In this document: piece after piece, positions 57,536 through 64,000 of the stretch | Layout of the letters: the number at the start of each line of letters is the position of its first letter | Position numbering within the stretch: the first letter of the stretch is position 1 | Assembly (NCBI GenBank): GCA_977018835.1 | Contig: OZ361256.1 | Location: 2,356,001-2,420,000, forward strand | Direction: 5' to 3' | From: Minutocellus sp. GHC0000111 | Lineage: Eukaryota | DNA: 64,000 nucleotides | Notes under the pieces: model-generated | Seen by the model: only the letters and a program-made list of their open reading frames with translations | Told to the model about the DNA's origin: nothing | The model's database searches: none | Position numbers and translations under genes: made by a program

Positions 57536-60500
57536 ATGACCAACAGCAGCGGCGAGCCGGAGGCGGCGCCGAAGGATCCGTCCGGTCATGTCTTTGACAA
57601 CGTGGGTGACACAAAGCAGCCAAGCGAAGATGCGGGCCATACTCGTAATAATAAGATGGAGGTCACAGACACCAATCCGGTAGCCGTGACTGCATCGGCT
57701 TCTACCGCCGCGTCGTCTGCCCCGTCGGCTCAAGAAATTGCCTCCGGTGCCATCGTGGGAGAGACGTCCAGCAGAGGCGATGCGGACGGAGATCCGGCAT
57801 CGTACAGTGATGCCAAAATGCCTCCGTCGGCCCTCCGTCCGAACAAGACGCGGCGATATTCCGGAACTTCCGAAGATCTTGCCGGCAGCGCCAGCAACAG
57901 CAAGGGGGAAGATGCACTCCCCGACACGGCCGCGGCGGTGGCCATCGCCGCCAATCGCATCTCCGGCCTGTCGGAGCACTCCTACTCGGCCACGTCGCAC
58001 TCGTCCCGCCGGTCGTCCGGGGCTGGATCCGACACATCGTCCCGCCGGGCCAGCGTGAGCTCGAACGGAAAGTCCCATCGGAGGGGGAGCGGCCTCATCG
58101 CCCTGATGCAGCGGCGTTTGAGCAATGAGGGGAGCGTCTGCAGCCAGCGCAATTCCGACGTCGACGACACCCGCAGCCGGAGGAGCTCGACGGCGTCCCG
58201 GCGGAGTTCCGCCCTTTTGTCTTGGGGGAGGTAAGTAGAGACCACATGCACTTCTCACGTAATTTATTCCAAGAGACTTTGTGGTTTTGACTTATACATT
58301 GGTTTCATCACATCTCTCACAAAACCAACTCGAAATCTCCATCGCCACCATGCTTCGTATTGATACTACAGAATGGCCCAGAAGAATGATATGTGGGCCA
58401 GCATCAGTGACCTCGGAGATGATGATCACGGAGTAGGAGACGGCGTTAAGAACGATGCCAAATCCTGCACCAAATCAGTGAGCCACACCTTCGGCACCGC
58501 CCTTCGTGACCCGTGGATCATCGGTGCCACCCTCCTTACACTGGCCGTCCTCCTCACGGCCGGTCTGGTTACCATCAATGCTCTGGCAAATGCCTATTCG
58601 GCCCAGCTCGAGGACGATGCCGTCGACACCGCCAACGAGTTGGGACTGTGGATTTCCAGCCAGCTTGACGAGGCCCTCCTCCCACTGTTTGCCATGTCCC
58701 AGTTTGTCAAGCACCTCGATGATTTCAAGAAGCTCCCGTACGAGATTGGCCCGCGCGGAGCTGTGGGCTCCGCTCCGCCTCTTGTTGGCAAGGAGATCTC
58801 CCATCGCAATGTGTCAGGCATCTGCGATGACCCCGAGACGAGCAAGGTTTTCAACGAGATTGCCGCCAATGTCAAGAAGGATGCCGGCATGGAGGGAATT
58901 TTGGTCAATATTCAGCTGGCCCCAGCTTCGGTCGTTTGTCTACTCCATCCGTTGGTCAACACGGAGGACTTTGAGGATGGCATCGTCATGAACAATACCG
59001 GCGCCGTCGGCCATGACCTCTTGAATGATCCCAATCGCGTCGCCATTGCCAGAGCTACTGTCCCCGCTGATGGCGTTGTGATTGCTGGACCTCTTACGCT
59101 GATCCAAGGCGATGTGCCTGTGGTGCAAGAAGCCTTTATCGCCCGGCTTGCCATCAACATGGAGGGATATACCATTTCGTTGGATGGTGTCGATTATCCC
59201 TGCTGGGGATTTGCCGTAATCCTGCTAAACTGGGCTGCTCTGAAGGAAAAATCTGGTATTGACGAAATGTTCAAAAAAGAAGGTCTGGAATATCGACTGA
59301 CCCGCACAGACATCAAGACGGATCCTGATACAGGTTTGCCCTATGAGAAAGTAAGTTGTCGACGAGGGTTCTAGAAGGGTACCCTTGTTTGGTTTGACTT
59401 GGCTTGGACTTGTGCACTCATCTTCACATTTCCTTGGGCATTATGATCTAATCTTATATCCTTTACTCTCTCGTACTTAGGTCGCAACTATCGCCGAATC
59501 AGCTTACTCGAGTGTTCTTGGACCCAAAAACAGTGTGTCAGTGGATCTCGACACTACGAATAACATTTGGCAAATGACCGTGGGCTATTCGGAGGGCTTT
59601 GCTGCTCCCTGGCTCAAGGGCCTCACAGCGCTGGTTGTCATCCTATCGGTGGCCATTTCGCTCCTGCTCATGACGATTCTTGTCGCCAAAAAGGATATGA
59701 AGGTCTTGCTCTACAAAATGATGCCTCCCATGGTCGTCAGGAAGCTTCGAAGAGGCGAGACCGTTGTCCAGAGGTATGATCTTAGCACTCTTTTCTTTTC
59801 GGATATCGTAGGATTCACGAAAATGTCGGGCGAGATGAGTCCCTTAGAGGTTATGGACATGCTCAATGATATGTACTCCAAATTTGATGACCTCGTCATC
59901 AAGCACAAAGTTTACAAAGTTGAGACGATCGGGTGAGTTGGAGTTATTGTGTTTTTGTTTGCACCGATACTTTGAAGTACGAACAAAAGGCCAAATATAT
60001 GTGCACTCATCCAACAAACCCCATCGAAATATGTCCCCTTTTTCTCGCAGCGACGCATACATTGTTATTGGAGGAGGTCCGGACAACTGTTTGGGGCGGA
60101 CCGGTGCGGAGAAAGTGGCCTTGTTTGCACTGGATGCAATGGAGGTTTGTGAATCTATAGTAGCGAAGAATGGTGCCCGCGTTTGTATTCGAGCAGGCTT
60201 GGCCAGTGGACCCGTCGTAGCTGGAGTTGTCGGTAAGACTATGCCAAAGTTCACATTGTTTGGGGACACGGTCAACTTCGCAAGCAGAATGGAATCAACA
60301 TCGATCAAGATGAAGATACAGTGCTCGGACATGACGTACCGATTGTTGACGGATGCGGAAGGCCATGAATTTGACTTGGAGAAGCGAATAGAAAATGGAG
60401 TTGCTGGTGTTCATGCCAAGGGCAAGGGTCAGGTGAGCACCTGGTGGATCAACAGTGCTACGCCGAGGAAGGGACGGGAGTACATCAAGGTGGTGGAAAA

Positions 60501-60711
60501 TGTTGGCAAGGTGCCGGAAGTGGCGACCTTCGAGCCTCAGGCAAGTCGGGACAGCCTCGACACGATGGAGAGAGCAGACCCAAGCAATGAAGAGTCGGAT
60601 GAGCCCGAGAGGCGGAGATCCATTACATTTGAAGACGAAAAATCGCCGATGATGCAACTCCAAATGTCGTCAGATTTGGCCTTAGCTGCTGCAGAAGTAG
60701 CTTCGGGGTAG
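57536..60711 (+). CDS. Membrane adenylate/guanylate cyclase with CHASE sensor domain
   Basis: TM-CHASE (GHDLLNDPNR, AGPLTLIQG, WGFA)-TM-cyclase (FFSDIVGFT, YKVETIGDAY, FTLFGDTVNFASRMES). Introns 58231-58371, 59351-59480 and 59933-60050 all restore frame. Confidence 0.95.
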
Positions 60712-60848
60712 AGTGGTGACGATAGGTAATTTGGAGGACAAGAGGGACGGTAGTTTACATTAATTTATTCATATGTATGAAGTCAACTTATTCTTATTCT
60801 TCTGTAATGTGCTGTATATGTACTATGCGCTAACTGATTCATTCGAAC

Positions 60849-61997
60849 CTAAGCCGTCTTGATATCCCTCACTGCATGCAACAGCAAGGGAAACAGATCA
60901 TTCATCGTTTGTCGAACACCTGCCGGACTGCCAGGTAGGTTGACAATGAGCGTGTTGCCGCGCATTCCAGCCGTACCCCGGGACAGGGCCGCCAAGGGCT
61001 GACCCTCCGAGCACTCCGAGCTTACATACGCCATCAGCCCATGGCTCTCCTTGTCCAGCACCGACCGAGTAGCTTCCGGTGTCACATCTCGCGGACTAAG
61101 TCCCGTCCCACCGGTGGTAAAGATGAGATCGCACGATGCCCATTCCTTCAATTTTGTCGCAATGGCTTCCATATCGTCTGGGACAATATCTTTGTCCAAC
61201 ACATTGTACGAAATGTTCCCACCACCACTGTTCAAGTTAGCAACAAGTGATTCCACACTTTGCTCCACGGCCGGGCCGGACAGATCGCCAGTCGCGTACT
61301 GTCCAGCCGCCGCTCGATCGCTTACGGTGAGGATGCCAATGTTGATCGACAAGTCGCCCGACGGTGGGGGTACTGCGGTCGCCGGCTTGGCGGAGGCTGT
61401 CGGAAGGCACACGGCCGCTGAAGCCGCTGCACCTGCTGCACCTTCCACGTCTTCGCAGCACACATCCGACAACAGCGGATTCTTCGCATTGTTATCAGGC
61501 GCTGGCGATGCCACCCCTGTCGGTTGAGAACTGGATGCTGCTGCTAATGCTACAGCCTCATCACCTGTCGGCTTCTCGGCCTTGACGGCCAACAGTTCCT
61601 TATCATGGGCGGCATGCAACGGTTTGCTGGCGTTGTACCTGTCCATCTGCTCGTCGGTGGCCTTTTGGGCATGACGCTTCTTCCATTCTCCATACGCACA
61701 TCCGTACACGTGCTCGGCCGTCTCGTCGTATCCCAGTGCATCCAGGGCCTGTATGAGCTGGGCATTATTATTTGTACCTGCATCTGCCTTGAGCTTGAGG
61801 TCGGCCGACAATTTGCGCGCCTCGACCACGAGCCACTTGGCCAGGCAGTTGCGGCAGAATCCACTGAGGGTCATCAGATCGATGTTCTGGACGGCATCGG
61901 AGCGGTCCTGCAGGTGGGTGCACAGGGAGGCAAAGGCCCCGGCCTCCAACTTGGTTCGGATGGATGGGGGGAGGGTCGAGTAGTAGGTTTCGTTCAT
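60849..61997 (-). CDS. DUF1244 - MogA/Cnx1G molybdopterin adenylyltransferase fusion
   Basis: N-terminal LEAGAF..L..HLQ.R..VQNIDLMTLSGFCRNCLAKW...VYGCAYGEWK (DUF1244). C-terminal ILTVSDR, DLSGP, TTGGTGLSPRDVTPEAT, LSRG.AG, NLPGSP. Confidence 0.9.
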   Translation of the reverse strand: MNETYYSTLPPSIRTKLEAGAFASLCTHLQDRSDAVQNIDLMTLSGFCRNCLAKWLVVEARKLSADLKLKADAGTNNNAQLIQALDALGYDETAEHVYGCAYGEWKKRHAQKATDEQMDRYNASKPLHAAHDKELLAVKAEKPTGDEAVALAAASSSQPTGVASPAPDNNAKNPLLSDVCCEDVEGAAGAAASAAVCLPTASAKPATAVPPPSGDLSINIGILTVSDRAAAGQYATGDLSGPAVEQSVESLVANLNSGGGNISYNVLDKDIVPDDMEAIATKLKEWASCDLIFTTGGTGLSPRDVTPEATRSVLDKESHGLMAYVSSECSEGQPLAALSRGTAGMRGNTLIVNLPGSPAGVRQTMNDLFPLLLHAVRDIKTA

Positions 61998-62463
61998 GAT
62001 TATTTTGGATTGATTGATTATCGGTCGGGAAATAAATATAGAGCCAGACAGCAGCAGGCACGCAGATGATGATGACTGGCGGTAGTGTTGGTCTACTTTT
62101 TCTCTTCCTTTCCAGAGCAGTGGGTCGCGGTATGTCCGTATCTTGACTTGTGAGATAACACATCATGTGTGCGATCGACGGACAGACATAGACTTATGGT
62201 GACGGACAGACCCAAAGCACCTCTGCAAATCCATCCGATCCATCCACACAAGCCGCCGGCCCGCCACAAGTCAAGATCGATAAGAGCAAGAGGGCAGAAG
62301 TCACCCAGCAAGTCGAAGTGATTGTGGAGGGAGCAGCAGCAGCAATATCAAACTTGCTCCTCTCTCGTCTCATTTTCTTCTCTGAAGTCATTGTCTTCCC
62401 AACCTACCTTAACTTGACGCATATGCCGTACAGCCGCTCGAGAGCATTACCAATAATACCATC

Positions 62464-64000
62464 ATGATGTCTTCCACCTCCAGCACGACGGTGAGCATGC
62501 GGACCCACCGCATCGGCGGTCCGCTCCTCGACTCGCTGCCTTCGAACGTTGGCAACTCCGGCTCTTCCACTGGCGGCGGAGGTCATCGCCGGCCGGTCAT
62601 CACCCCTCCCGTTTCCACCGCGAGCGCTGCCGCCAATACTTCTACCAATAACGACGTCGCTGCAACCGCCGATGCCCGGCAGTACCTCCTCCTCCCCAGC
62701 CGTCGCACCGTCGACGTCCTGAGCATGGAGAACGGCCGCGTCGTCGGCCGGCTGGCCGTGGCCTCCCCCAACGAGGACGACGGCACCGACGAGAGCGACG
62801 TCGAGATCAATACCGTCTGCCTCGCCCGCGTCGTCGTCCTGTCCTCGTCATCCGACAATTCTGCCAGAAATGCCAATAAGAACAGTCAGGACAGCGATGA
62901 GGACGATGATAGCTCTTCTGATGATGGCGACAGTGACGACAGTGACGATGACGATGCCAAGATGAAGGACGTGAGCGTCAACGACATTCTGTCCACCAAC
63001 CCCAACTCCGGTGAATCGCAGCAGAAAACCGAATGGGTCATCCTGGCGGGCTGTACCGATGGGACCGTCCGGGAGTGGAGTTTGCGGGAGGCGGTCCTCC
63101 GGAGCCATTTCGGCAGGGGTGGTGGCAGCAAGACCAACAGGAAGAAGCGGGGTGGTGGCGCCTCGGCGGGTCGGATCGGGGAGGACCACGCCCTCCAGCC
63201 TCGGAGGGTGCTGCCCATCGTCCTTGCCGGTACCGAGGACAAGGACAGGGATGGTGATGAGAATGACATTGTGGATGGCAGCAACGGTCGGGCCAATAAT
63301 GGCCAAAAGAGCAAGACCAAGAACATCAATGGCAAGAAGCACAAGAAGAGGCTGAACGGGGTGACCCATCTGTCCTGTCCTCCGACGGCATCGAACGTCG
63401 GTGCCCTCGTCGGTACGGCCTTTGCATTGGTCCAGGTCGATGAGGTCACCACCCGTCTTGTTCGAATTGGCATCCCTCCCTCGCCCCCGAAGAAGGCTGG
63501 TGGTGGCACTGCCGCTGCTGCTGCCTCGGCAGCCACGGCGGTTTCCTCCATCGTCGAGCTGGGCACCTTCTCCCTCAAGCGCAAGGGAGAGGCCAAGGTC
63601 GACCGGCGTCGCAAGAAGAAGGAGAAGAAGGCTGCTGCTGCCGCGGCTGCTGCTGAAGCTGCAGGTGGTGACGATACCGATGGGGAGATGGATGGTGACG
63701 GTGGTGGTACTCGCCGAAAGGTATTCAAGGTCCAAGCCCTTCCTTTTGACTTGCTCGCAACCATTTCTGGAAGTAGCGGTGACGAGGATGCGTCGGTCGT
63801 TGTCGTGACCAAGGCCGGCCTCGCCATTTACTGCGACAAGCTGGCGGCGACGTACGATGCTGAAGAGGGCACCGGTGCCTCCGCGAACACTCCCGAATCC
63901 CGCATCTTGTACTATCCCAAGACCCGGCACTACAACCGCATCGTGTCGGCGTGCGTGGCGCCCAATGGATCCGACGTGGCCGTTGGCTATGCCGAGGGAT
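62464..64000 (+). CDS. WD40-repeat protein, possibly WDR75/Utp17-like; runs off the window
   Basis: Frame from ATG 62464 reads RIGG...QYLLLPS..TVDVLSMENGRVVGRL; downstream VILAGCTDGTVREWSL and HYNRIVSACVAPNGSDVAVGYAEG. Confidence 0.65.
   Translation, partial: MMSSTSSTTVSMRTHRIGGPLLDSLPSNVGNSGSSTGGGGHRRPVITPPVSTASAAANTSTNNDVAATADARQYLLLPSRRTVDVLSMENGRVVGRLAVASPNEDDGTDESDVEINTVCLARVVVLSSSSDNSARNANKNSQDSDEDDDSSSDDGDSDDSDDDDAKMKDVSVNDILSTNPNSGESQQKTEWVILAGCTDGTVREWSLREAVLRSHFGRGGGSKTNRKKRGGGASAGRIGEDHALQPRRVLPIVLAGTEDKDRDGDENDIVDGSNGRANNGQKSKTKNINGKKHKKRLNGVTHLSCPPTASNVGALVGTAFALVQVDEVTTRLVRIGIPPSPPKKAGGGTAAAAASAATAVSSIVELGTFSLKRKGEAKVDRRRKKKEKKAAAAAAAAEAAGGDDTDGEMDGDGGGTRRKVFKVQALPFDLLATISGSSGDEDASVVVVTKAGLAIYCDKLAATYDAEEGTGASANTPESRILYYPKTRHYNRIVSACVAPNGSDVAVGYAEG

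Noticed and set aside
62848..63930. Long minus-strand ORFs (360 aa and 313 aa)
   Set aside because: Antisense shadows of the GC-rich WD40 gene on the plus strand.

Overview
Eukaryotic nuclear DNA, almost certainly from a diatom (two Lhcf/FCP antenna genes, bipartite 'AF' plastid-targeting presequences, short GT-AG introns). The window has three zones. (1) About 0.7-22.7 kb is an accessory block. It ends in a 5'-truncated, intron-containing Helitron Rep-PIF1 (RepHel) gene and is packed with orphan or ubiquitin-system-like genes: RING+Sel1, two paralogous BTB-like genes, an F-box-like gene and a Pol-beta-type nucleotidyltransferase. It may be a giant cargo-carrying rolling-circle element. (2) 22688-28885 is a complete but dead Ty1/Copia LTR retrotransposon with no target-site duplication, a self-complementary primer site and a Tudor-like domain after the integrase. 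Decayed Zn-finger and SUMO-like relics follow it. This zone shows a striking strand-symmetric TpA->TpG/CpA hypermutation signature, the opposite direction to RIP or CpG decay. (3) About 31-64 kb holds ordinary host genes: OvoA-C-like methyltransferase, Cpn20, ankyrin, TCAIM-like, Ycf49/DUF3593, Trl1-type tRNA ligase, IMP1, 2x Lhcf, bZIP, V-PPase, TPR, HXXXD acyltransferase, CHASE cyclase, DUF1244-MogA fusion and a WD40 protein. Three of these carry frameshifts. All calls come from reading motifs by eye; no searches were run.
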